From Beijerinckiaceae bacterium (lineage in GTDB: Bacteria > Pseudomonadota > Alphaproteobacteria > Rhizobiales > Beijerinckiaceae): a DNA stretch of 24,000 nt. Both the position numbers and the translations under genes were made by a program. Numbering within the stretch: position 1 is the first letter of the stretch; each line of letters opens with the position of its first letter. This document shows positions 7,698 to 15,421 of this stretch, piece by piece. The stretch is taken from contig JALJOM010000003.1 of NCBI GenBank assembly GCA_024304885.1, positions 382,110 to 406,109 of the forward strand. The letters are read 5' to 3'. The notes under the pieces are model-generated. The model was given only the letters and a program-made list of their open reading frames with translations. It had not been told where the DNA came from and searched no databases.

Positions 7698-8447
7698 ATG
7701 ACCGACGAGACCCATTTCGGCTTTTCCCGCGTTCCGCTCGGCGAGAAGCAGAAACACGTCGATGCCGTGTTCCAGCACGTCGCGTCGCGCTACGACCTCA
7801 TGAACGATCTGATGTCTGGCGGGCTTCACCGCGTCTGGAAGGATGCTTTCGCGGCCAAGGTACGGCCGCCACGGTCTCGCGTCTTTCGCCATCTCGACGT
7901 GGCCGGCGGCACGGGGGACATCGCGTTCCGCATCGCAAAGGCGGGCTCGGCGAAGACCGAGGTCACGATCCTCGACATCAACCCCGACATGCTGGAGGTC
8001 GGCCGCGCGCGGGCGAGGAAGGTCCGCTGCGACGCGCGGCTCGAGTTCGTCGAGGCCAATGCCGAGGCGCTTCCCTTCGCCGACGATTTCTTCGACGCCT
8101 ATACGATCGCCTTCGGGATTCGCAACGTGCCGCGGATCGAGACGGCGCTCGCCGAGGCGCACCGTGTCCTGAAACGGGGCGGTCGTTTCCTCTGCCTCGA
8201 GTTCTCGAACGTGGACGTGCCGCTCCTCGACCGGCTCTACGAAGCCTATTCCTTCCGCGTCATTCCCGTGCTTGGACGGCTCGTGACGGGCGACGGCGAT
8301 GCCTATCGCTACCTCGTCGAATCGATCGCGCGCTTTCCGGACGCGGACAGGTTCCGCGCGATGGTGGCCGACGCCGGCTTCGGCCGGGCGGACTTCACGA
8401 GGCTCACCGGGGGGATCGTCGCGATCCATTCCGGCTGGAAGCTCTAG
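7698..8447 (+). CDS. ubiE: Demethylmenaquinone/ubiquinone C-methyltransferase UbiE
   Basis: ORF track 7518..8447, with an internal ATG at 7698 preceded by GGAGAG (7690-7695). Recognisable stretches are [48 protein letters not shown]...[12 protein letters not shown]... Confidence 0.9.
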   Translation: MTDETHFGFSRVPLGEKQKHVDAVFQHVASRYDLMNDLMSGGLHRVWKDAFAAKVRPPRSRVFRHLDVAGGTGDIAFRIAKAGSAKTEVTILDINPDMLEVGRARARKVRCDARLEFVEANAEALPFADDFFDAYTIAFGIRNVPRIETALAEAHRVLKRGGRFLCLEFSNVDVPLLDRLYEAYSFRVIPVLGRLVTGDGDAYRYLVESIARFPDADRFRAMVADAGFGRADFTRLTGGIVAIHSGWKL

Positions 8448-8581
8448 AGCAATTTCCAGCGAAGCGGACACCGGTTCGCATATCGATCTCGATGTTTCGA
8501 TAGATCGACATCGATGCGAAATTGCGAAAAACAAGAATGTAGAGCCGGTTTCCGATTCGACCGGATCGGAAACCGCTCTAG
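8444..8581. repeat. Palindromic CTAG-bounded element, copy B (between ubiE and ubiB)
   Basis: The sequence runs ctagagc...ccgctctag. There is a perfect 10-bp hairpin ggtttccgat-tcgaccgg-atcggaaacc at 8547-8574. It is collinear with copy A but carries an extra internal segment of about 35 bp. Its first CTAG contains the ubiE stop codon (8445-8447). Confidence 0.6.
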
Positions 8582-8600
8582 CTGATCAGGCAAAGCGCCC

Positions 8601-10166
8601 GTGGCCTTTTCTCCCGGCTCCTTCCTGCGCCTCCTGCGCGCAGGGCTCGTGATGGCGCGCTCCGGCGTCTTGAGCGACATCGATCCCACGCTCGTGCCGC
8701 CCTCGGCCCGCGTGCCTCTGGCCCTCGCCAAGCTCATCGCCAAAAGGACGGCGAAGCCCGGCATCGCCAATCTCCCCGCGGCGATCAGCAAGCTCGGGCC
8801 CTCCTATGTGAAGCTCGGCCAGTTCCTCGCGACGCGTCCGGATGTCGTCGGCCCGTCTGCCGCAAGCCATCTCGAGCGCTTGCAGGACCGGATGGAGCCG
8901 TTCCCGCGCGAGGTGGCGATCGCGACGGTCGAGGCGGCCTTCGGGCGCCCGCTCGACGAGCTGTTTTTGAAGTTCAGCGAGCCCGTGGCCGCCGCCTCGA
9001 TCGCACAGGTTCACCGCGCCCGCGTGCGCGACGCCGACGGGGACCGCGAGGTCGCGGTGAAGATCTTGCGCCCCGGCGTCGAGCGGCGCTTCCGGCGCGA
9101 CCTCGGCGATATGTTCGCCGCTGCGCGCCTCGCCGAGCGCTGGTCCGACGAGGCGCGGCGGCTGAAGCTGATCGAGGTGGTCGAGACCCTCGCCCGCTCG
9201 GTCAAGATGGAGATGGATTTCCGGCTCGAGGCCGCGGCGGCCTCGGAATTCGCCGAGAATGTCGCAAAGGATCCCGATTTCCACGTGCCGCGTGTCGATT
9301 GGGATCGCACCGAGCGGGAGGTCTTGACCCTCGAATGGGTGGAGGGCACGCCTCTCGGCGATCTCGACGCCTTGGCCGCCAAGGGTCACGACCTGCCGAG
9401 CCTCGGGCGCATCGTCCTCCAATCCTTCCTGCGCCATGCGATGCGGGACGGGTTCTTCCACGCCGACATGCATCAGGGCAATCTCTTCGTCGATGCACAA
9501 GGCCGGCTCGTGGCGGTCGATTTCGGCATCATGGGGAGGCTCGGCTACAAGGAGCAACGCTTCCTCGCCGAGATCCTATACGGCTTCATCACCCGCGACT
9601 ACCGCCGCGCCGCCGAGATCCATTTCGAGGCCGGCTACGTCCCGAGCATCCACAAGGTCGAGGATTTCGCCCAGGCGATCCGTGCGATCGGCGAGCCGAT
9701 CCATTCGAGGACCGCGGACCAGATCTCGATGGCGAGGCTCCTGACCCTGCTCTTCGAGGTGACCGCGCTCTTCGACATGCGCACCCGTATCGAGCTCGTG
9801 CTCATGCAAAAGACCATGGTCGTGGTCGAAGGCGTCGCCCGCATGCTCGATCCGCGGCTCGATATGTGGGCGACGGCCGAGCCCGTGGTGCGCAGCTGGA
9901 TCGAGCAGAACCTCGGCCCGGCCGGCAAGCTTCAGGATGCCGGGCGCGCGGCCTCGACGCTCGCGCACTTCGCCGCTAACTTGCCGGCGGCGCTGGTACG
10001 TGCGGAAAATCTCGTCGTGAAGCTCGAGGGGATGGCCGAGGACGGCTTCGAGGTGTCGGAACGTGCCGTCCGGCGAATCGGCGAGGCCGAGGCACGAAAA
10101 GCGCGGCTCGGGCATCTCGCGCTGTGGGCGATCGCTCTGGTGGGGTTGTTGTTGCTATTACGATGA
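8601..10166 (+). CDS. ubiB: Ubiquinone biosynthesis protein UbiB (ABC1/ADCK atypical kinase family)
   Basis: ORF track 8601..10166 with a GTG start. SFLRLLRAGLVMARSGVL...KLGPSYVKLGQFLATRPDVVG...PVAAASIAQVHRA...HADMHQGNLFVD plus a C-terminal TM segment are diagnostic of UbiB. Confidence 0.9.
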   Translation: MAFSPGSFLRLLRAGLVMARSGVLSDIDPTLVPPSARVPLALAKLIAKRTAKPGIANLPAAISKLGPSYVKLGQFLATRPDVVGPSAASHLERLQDRMEPFPREVAIATVEAAFGRPLDELFLKFSEPVAAASIAQVHRARVRDADGDREVAVKILRPGVERRFRRDLGDMFAAARLAERWSDEARRLKLIEVVETLARSVKMEMDFRLEAAAASEFAENVAKDPDFHVPRVDWDRTEREVLTLEWVEGTPLGDLDALAAKGHDLPSLGRIVLQSFLRHAMRDGFFHADMHQGNLFVDAQGRLVAVDFGIMGRLGYKEQRFLAEILYGFITRDYRRAAEIHFEAGYVPSIHKVEDFAQAIRAIGEPIHSRTADQISMARLLTLLFEVTALFDMRTRIELVLMQKTMVVVEGVARMLDPRLDMWATAEPVVRSWIEQNLGPAGKLQDAGRAASTLAHFAANLPAALVRAENLVVKLEGMAEDGFEVSERAVRRIGEAEARKARLGHLALWAIALVGLLLLLR

Positions 10167-10202
10167 TCAGCCGCCGACGTGGTTTCTCTCGACCATGGCA
10201 AC

Positions 10203-11375
10203 TCATGGCTCGTAGTCCGGAAGCACGATATCGTCCCGGAGGCTCGACCCGATCAACAGCTCGGCCAAGGGAGAGAACGCCAACAGCCTCGAGGTGATGT
10301 TGCGGACGAGGAGCCCCACCTCGGTGCGTGGCGCAAACCAGGAGGCGAAGCGCTCGGCGGATATCTGCTTCGCTCCTATGAAGTCCCGCAGGCATTGCTC
10401 GTATCGGGCGAACGCCGTGCCATGATCGCCCGCCGCACGATCTAGCTCGCCCGCGAGCACATAGGCGGCCGCCATGGCGAGGCCGGTGCCTTCGCCGGCG
10501 AGGAGCGAGACGCAGAAGGCGGCATCGCCCACGAGCGCGACGCGCCCTTTTGTCCATCGGGGCATCCGGATCTGGCTCACGCGGTCGAAGTAGAGGGTGT
10601 CGCACCTGTCCATGGCCGCCAGGATTTGCGGGCATTCCCAACCGACATCGCCGAAGGCACGATGGAGCGCTGCGCGTTGGCCGCGCTCGTCACTTCCCCG
10701 AAAATCGTCGCGAAACATGAAGAAGAACACGGTTCGGTCGTCGCGCAACGCGAAACGGGCCACCTGCCGGCCGGGCACCGTGTGGCCGACATAGACGAGC
10801 TCGTCGTGCGGCTCGTAGCCCTTGGTCTCGAAGGCCGCGACGCTATAGCCCAAATGCTTCTCGAACATACCGTCGGGACCGAAGGCGATACGGCGCACTA
10901 CGGAATGCAATCCGTCGGCGCCGATCACGAGGTCGAAATCGCGGGGCTTCTCGCGCGCGAACCGGACCCGGACCCCGCCCTCGCGCGGCTCGAAGCCCGC
11001 GATCGTGTCGGAGAACAAGGTCTCGACCTTGCCCGCGATCGTCTCGTAGAGAATCCTCGAGAGTTCGCCGCGCGGCAGGCTCGTGAATCGTCCGCCGGCG
11101 AGACGACGGATCACCTCGGCGGGAAATCCGCCTGCCTTCGCGCCCTGTGCATCGACGAAACGGACCTCGCGAACGCGGTAGCCGCGGTCGAGCACTTGCC
11201 CCAGACTCCCCATGCGCTCGGCGATGTCGTAGCCCAACCCCCAGAAATCGACGATATAGCCGGTGTCGCGAATGCCGGGCGCCTGTTCCACGAGAACCGG
11301 CTCGAACCCATAGCGCAAGAGCCAATAGGCGAGGGTCGGCCCCGCGATCCCGGCGCCGCTGACGAGTATCTTCAT
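10203..11375 (-). CDS. FAD-dependent monooxygenase (PF01494-like aromatic hydroxylase family)
   Basis: ORF track 10203..11375. MKILVSGAGIAGPTLAYWLLRYGFEPVLVEQAP is a GxGxxG dinucleotide fold. A later ...VALVGDAAF... region matches the GD motif. Confidence 0.8.
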   Translation of the reverse strand: MKILVSGAGIAGPTLAYWLLRYGFEPVLVEQAPGIRDTGYIVDFWGLGYDIAERMGSLGQVLDRGYRVREVRFVDAQGAKAGGFPAEVIRRLAGGRFTSLPRGELSRILYETIAGKVETLFSDTIAGFEPREGGVRVRFAREKPRDFDLVIGADGLHSVVRRIAFGPDGMFEKHLGYSVAAFETKGYEPHDELVYVGHTVPGRQVARFALRDDRTVFFFMFRDDFRGSDERGQRAALHRAFGDVGWECPQILAAMDRCDTLYFDRVSQIRMPRWTKGRVALVGDAAFCVSLLAGEGTGLAMAAAYVLAGELDRAAGDHGTAFARYEQCLRDFIGAKQISAERFASWFAPRTEVGLLVRNITSRLLAFSPLAELLIGSSLRDDIVLPDYEP

Positions 11376-11526
11376 GCAGGGTGCTCCTCGAGACCTTACC
11401 CGGAGAAGGATTTTTCGCAGCTCGGGCTGTCCGGCGCCGTCACGGCGCCTACATCAATGAGCGGGAGCTTCGTCCGTTCCGCGTGTACGCCCGCAGCCGT
11501 GACGAGGCTCCTCGAGGAGCCGAGCC

Positions 11527-11649
11527 ATGGCAAAGAGTCAGTTGCGCAGTGGCCGCGAGGCCAAGAAGCCGAAAAAGGTCAAGCCGAAGATCGTGGCGAG
11601 CGCGCCGTCGTCCGTCATGACGGTCGCGGATATCGCCAAGAAGAAATAG
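11527..11649 (+). CDS. Small (40 aa) lysine-rich hypothetical protein
   Basis: My translation is MAKSQLRSGREAKKPKKVKPKIVASAPSSVMTVADIAKKK*. GAGGAG lies at 11513-11518. It resembles small basic proteins I recall as conserved hypotheticals in Rhizobiales. It is below the track cutoff. Confidence 0.45.
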   Translation: MAKSQLRSGREAKKPKKVKPKIVASAPSSVMTVADIAKKK

Positions 11650-11669
11650 CGAGCGCAATCTTCGCGCTG

Positions 11670-12788
11670 TCACCGCACGGCCGGGGGAGGCTTCGGCCGC
11701 TCCCCGACCTGCGCGCGATGGCACAGGAAGTGGTCGGCGAGCACGCAGGCGACCATGGCCTCCCCGACCGGCACCGCGCGAATGCCGACGCAAGGATCGT
11801 GGCGCCCCTTGGTCACGATGTCGGTCTCCTGGCCCGCGCGGTCGAGCGTTTGCCGCGGCGCGAGGATCGAGGAGGTAGGCTTCACCGCGAAACGCGCAAT
11901 GATCGGCTGGCCCGTCGAGATGCCGCCGAGGACGCCGCCGGCATGGTTCGAAAGGAAGATCGGCCTGCCGTCCGGCCCGAGCCGCATCTCGTCGGCATTG
12001 GCTTCGCCCGATAGCGCCGCCGCAGCGAAGCCGTCGCCGATCTCGACCCCTTTGACCGCGTTGATCGACATCAGCGCCGCGGCGAGATCGGAATCGAGCT
12101 TGCCGTAGATCGGCGCGCCCCATCCGGCCGGCACATCCTCCGCGACGATCTCGATCACGGCACCGATGGAGGAGCCTGCCTTGCGGATCTCGTCGAGATA
12201 GGTCTCGAAGAAGGCGGCGGCCTTGGCGTCCGGGCAGAAGAACGGATTGCGCGAAACCTCCTCCCAGTCCCACCTTTCGCGGTCGATCGCATGGGGACCG
12301 AGACGGACCAAGGCTCCGCGGATGCTCGCCGGCGCGACGATCTTGCGCGCGATCGCCCCGGCCGCGACGCGCGTGGCGGTCTCCCGCGCGGAGGACCGTC
12401 CGCCGCCGCGGTGATCGCGGATTCCGTATTTCACGTCATAGGTGAAATCGGCATGGCCCGGCCGATACTTGTCCTTGATCTCGTCGTAGTCCTTCGAGCG
12501 TTGGTCGGTGTTCTCGATCTGGAGCGCGATCGGGGTGCCCGTCGTCACCTGCCGCCCGGTCTTCTCGTCGAGAAAGACGCCCGAGAGGATCTTCACTCGG
12601 TCCGCCTCCTGGCGCTGCGTCGTGAAGCGCGAGGTCCCGGGCCGGCGCAGATCCAGGAAGGCCTGGATATCCGCCTCGTCCAGCGGGATCAGCGGGGGGC
12701 AGCCGTCCACGACGCAGCCGATCGCCGGCCCGTGGCTTTCGCCGAAGGTCGTGACCCGAAAGAGATGACCGAAGGTGTTGTGGGACAT
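11670..12788 (-). CDS. aroC: Chorismate synthase
   Basis: ORF track 11670..12812, with an ATG at 12788. Recognisable stretches are [32 protein letters not shown]...[25 protein letters not shown]... Confidence 0.92.
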   Translation of the reverse strand: MSHNTFGHLFRVTTFGESHGPAIGCVVDGCPPLIPLDEADIQAFLDLRRPGTSRFTTQRQEADRVKILSGVFLDEKTGRQVTTGTPIALQIENTDQRSKDYDEIKDKYRPGHADFTYDVKYGIRDHRGGGRSSARETATRVAAGAIARKIVAPASIRGALVRLGPHAIDRERWDWEEVSRNPFFCPDAKAAAFFETYLDEIRKAGSSIGAVIEIVAEDVPAGWGAPIYGKLDSDLAAALMSINAVKGVEIGDGFAAAALSGEANADEMRLGPDGRPIFLSNHAGGVLGGISTGQPIIARFAVKPTSSILAPRQTLDRAGQETDIVTKGRHDPCVGIRAVPVGEAMVACVLADHFLCHRAQVGERPKPPPAVR

Positions 12789-13177
12789 GGTTCTCCGCGC
12801 AGAGCATGGCACCTCCCCTGACCGAGGAGTCGAGCGGAGACAAATCGCTAAAGGCAGGGAGCGGTCAAGCGTTTGCGTAACAGGGGGTCATATCAGGCCG
12901 ACTCTAGCGGCGCTGTTGGGCTCAGAATGGAGCATCAGGCTCTGGCTCGCTGTAAGGAGCTGGGCCATTGTGATTCAAGGTCTCCCGATGACCTTCATGA
13001 CGCGCAGCATTTCGGCCCATCAACGATCAGCACAGTCGGCTCGAAACACCGTTGCCGAGGGATGCGTGAGGTGAGCCACGTCTCGAAGCTCGGCGGGTGA
13101 TCCGGCCTCGCTTCATGCACTCAAATACAGCGGATACTGGATCGATGCGTGGGCCGTCGTACGCTGGCACAAGATAC

Positions 13178-13534
13178 TCATGGAATACCCATCGCCTCTA
13201 CAAAGTCCTTCGCCTCTTTCAACCCGGCGCGCGTGATAGCACGGTGAATTTTGATCGCTTCGATTTTCTGCGCGCTCATTAAAGCTTCGATGAAATCCTT
13301 CGCCTGTTCGAGGCTCGCACCTGTAACCTCTCGATAAATCTTAATGGCATCAATCTTATTGGCGTTGCCGATGCGTTCTGCCAATTGTTGGTATGCATCC
13401 TTTTGGGGAACCACCGTTATTGCGTTTTCGATTGCAACCATACGCTCCTGAATTTCAGCAATGACTCTATCACGTGGGTCCGAGCTCTGCCGCATTTGAA
13501 AGCTCGCATTAGCCTGCGTGATAGGGTTGCTCAC
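13178..13534 (-). CDS. Protein with two tandem ribosomal L7/L12 C-terminal-domain-like modules (probably the 3' part of the gene above it)
   Basis: ORF track 13178..13534, with a GTG start and no SD. KIDAIKIYREVTGASLEQAKDFIEAL and KIEAIKIHRAITRAGLKEAKDFVEAM match the K[IV]xVIKxVRxxTGLGLKEAKDLVE core of L7/L12 CTD. It is in frame with 13592..14032. Confidence 0.55.
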   Translation of the reverse strand: MSNPITQANASFQMRQSSDPRDRVIAEIQERMVAIENAITVVPQKDAYQQLAERIGNANKIDAIKIYREVTGASLEQAKDFIEALMSAQKIEAIKIHRAITRAGLKEAKDFVEAMGIP

Positions 13535-13591
13535 TTTGTAGTTAGGATTTTTAATTGCTCTGGCAGAACCTATTACACGCTCTCTAGCTTG

Positions 13592-13996
13592 TTAAATGCT
13601 TTGCCAATCCGTCAGGTCAACAAAAATAGTACGATGAGCTACAGTATCAAAAGGCAGCGCTGTGCCTGCCCTTGCGATATGAATCGTGGGCTTCTGGGTT
13701 GAGTGTCGGATTCCCAATTCATAAAATGCATTTGGATTCAGGTCGGTAAGGTCGGCAACGACCAGCTCAGCATTGATGATATCGCTAATAACCCTATCGC
13801 CGATCATGCCAGGGTCCGCGTCCTCGTCCGCGCGCCTCACGACATAGTTAAACTCCTCGTTCTGCAGGACGTGCTTTATTATGGCGTTGAGGAGCATGTC
13901 AGAATGCTTTCGCTCCACGCTTCCGTCTTTGCCGATCGGTCCGACAACGAAGCAAAGTGGGCCGTCGCCTTCGGTCAATTTCTTTATGTTAGCCAT
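13592..13996 (-). CDS. Nucleoside 2-deoxyribosyltransferase-like / TIR-like domain protein
   Basis: ORF track 13592..14032; the likely ATG is at 13996 (MANIKK...). LCFVVGPIG...DRVISDIINAELVVADLTDLNPNAFYELGIRHSTQKPTIHI is the Rossmann-like pattern with the conserved Glu of NDT-like domains. It ends at a TAA that is in frame with the downstream ORF. Confidence 0.6.
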   Translation of the reverse strand: MANIKKLTEGDGPLCFVVGPIGKDGSVERKHSDMLLNAIIKHVLQNEEFNYVVRRADEDADPGMIGDRVISDIINAELVVADLTDLNPNAFYELGIRHSTQKPTIHIARAGTALPFDTVAHRTIFVDLTDWQSI

Positions 13997-14229
13997 TTTT
14001 ATCTTCGATCGTCGGGGCTGCGCACGGTCCATGTAACCCGGGGCGCGTGGATGAAGCCTAGCTTGCGATACTTTAGTCCAAATGCAATCAAGTTTACATC
14101 ACTGTAAAGATGGGCGAACACCGTACGAAATTGCAGGTTGTTGACGGTCTCTTCGAGCGGCCTCCCAACCTGGCGACTTACCCCACTCCAGCGCGGATTC
14201 TGGGCGAGGTCCAGACGCGGCATGCCGCT

Positions 14230-14565
14230 CTATCGGCTCGAGACGTGGGCCGGAGTGGACGGAGTCGGGTCACGTGCCTGCCGCTCGAACGCGATGCGCA
14301 GCCTGGTTCCGGTCGCCTCGGCGAAGCGCTCGAGAGTCCTTGTCGAGGGTTTTACTCGCCCGCTCTCGAGGCGAGCGACGACGGCCTGCGTCGTTCCCAT
14401 CGCTTCCGCGACTTGCTCCTGTGTCATCTCGGCATCGGCACGGGCCTTGATCATGGCGGCAGCGAGCGCGAACTCGTCCTCCAAGGCGTCATAAGCGGCC
14501 TTGAACTCAGGGTCCTTCATCCTTTCTTCGGCCCATTCATCGACGGGAATGTGTCGTCGGGTCAT
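14230..14565 (-). CDS. higA: HTH (XRE-family) antitoxin, HigA-like
   Basis: ORF track 14230..14565. AEMTQEQVAEAMGTTQAVVARLESGRVKPSTRTLERFAEATG is an XRE helix-turn-helix. AAGGAGG lies upstream, and there is an ATGA start/stop overlap with the toxin gene. Confidence 0.8.
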   Translation of the reverse strand: MTRRHIPVDEWAEERMKDPEFKAAYDALEDEFALAAAMIKARADAEMTQEQVAEAMGTTQAVVARLESGRVKPSTRTLERFAEATGTRLRIAFERQARDPTPSTPAHVSSR

Positions 14566-14885
14566 TCGACCTCCTTTGCCCTGCTCAGGGCGATCTCGAT
14601 CTCGTGGCGGGGAGTCTTCCGGGTCTTCTTCGCGAAGACATGCACCACGACAACCCGCCGACCTGTGGCCGTGACATAGGCGGCTCGGGCAATACCGTCC
14701 TTGCCCTTCATGCGCATTTCCCAGATCGGGCCTTCGAGATGCTTCACATAGGGCTCCCGCATACGTTCGAGCCCCAAGGTCTGGATCAATTGTGCGATCC
14801 GCAAGAAGGCCGCTCCGATGTCGCTCGGCAGCGCGTCGAGCTCTGCTCTGACGTCATCGTTCAAGAACTCCACGCTCCAACTCAT
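14562..14885 (-). CDS. higB: RelE/ParE-superfamily toxin, HigB / phage Gp49-like
   Basis: ORF track 14562..14885. ...YVKHLEGPIWEMRMKGKDGIARAAYVTATGRRVVVVHVFAKKTRKTPRHEIEIA... is the typical Gp49/HigB core. The toxin-first gene order fits HigBA. Confidence 0.8.
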   Translation of the reverse strand: MSWSVEFLNDDVRAELDALPSDIGAAFLRIAQLIQTLGLERMREPYVKHLEGPIWEMRMKGKDGIARAAYVTATGRRVVVVHVFAKKTRKTPRHEIEIALSRAKEVE

Positions 14886-14978
14886 TTCGATTCATATATC
14901 AATTTTGCAATAATCCCGCCAGCGCGCGCTACAGTGCCGCGGCGACCGGTTTCGCTGCCCCTCGGGGAGCAGGGTTGG

Positions 14979-15308
14979 TCACCTCACGAAAATTCGGACG
15001 AGCGTGAACGAAGCGCCGACGATCACGACGGTCTGGAAACCGATCGTGCCGACGATCCGTTTCAGGATGTCCGCCTTCACCTCGACCAGCTCGGCCTTCG
15101 TCGCGAGACCGTCCATCTTGATTTCGAGCCTGGCCTCGAGTGCCTCTACGTCCGCCTTCAGCGCAGCAACGTCCGCCTTTGTCGCGAGGTCGCCGTGCTG
15201 GGCCTCGCCTAAGGCCTCGGCGAGAGTCTCCACCTGCTCCGGCGTGAAGCCGCCCTTGTCTCGCAAGGTCCGGGAGAGCCGAAGCGTGTCGAAGAGGATG
15301 GCATTCAT
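14979..15308 (-). CDS. DUF1640-like coiled-coil protein with C-terminal TM helix
   Basis: ORF track 14979..15344, with an ATG at 15308. [33 protein letters not shown]...[19 protein letters not shown]... is followed by a hydrophobic tail. Confidence 0.7.
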   Translation of the reverse strand: MNAILFDTLRLSRTLRDKGGFTPEQVETLAEALGEAQHGDLATKADVAALKADVEALEARLEIKMDGLATKAELVEVKADILKRIVGTIGFQTVVIVGASFTLVRIFVR

Positions 15309-15421
15309 GCGGCAATTATGGGCGCGGACCCGCCGGAAGTCCAACCGCCCGCCTCGGGCGCCCTTGCGCGAAAGGGCGCCGTCCCTATAGTCGCGGCCTT
15401 CGCCTTCCCCATGAGCATCCC

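Noticed and set aside
7064-8503. 479-aa plus ORF and 190-aa minus ORF (7127..7699) covering the ubiE upstream interval
   Set aside because: The first is out of frame with the obvious UbiE sequence. Both are R/P-rich with no recognisable domain or RBS.
12850-13177. Search for a tRNA, att site or integrase/transposase relic at the islet border
   Set aside because: I saw no T-loop-like GGTTCGAATCC-type motif. All six frames are broken by stops within about 50 codons. I found no flanking direct repeats by eye.
13999-14223. 74-aa minus ORF between higA and the NDT-like gene
   Set aside because: It has no RBS and no recognisable domain. It overlaps the probable start and promoter region of the NDT-like gene and shows a mixed GC profile. 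It could be a relic, but I cannot support it as a gene.
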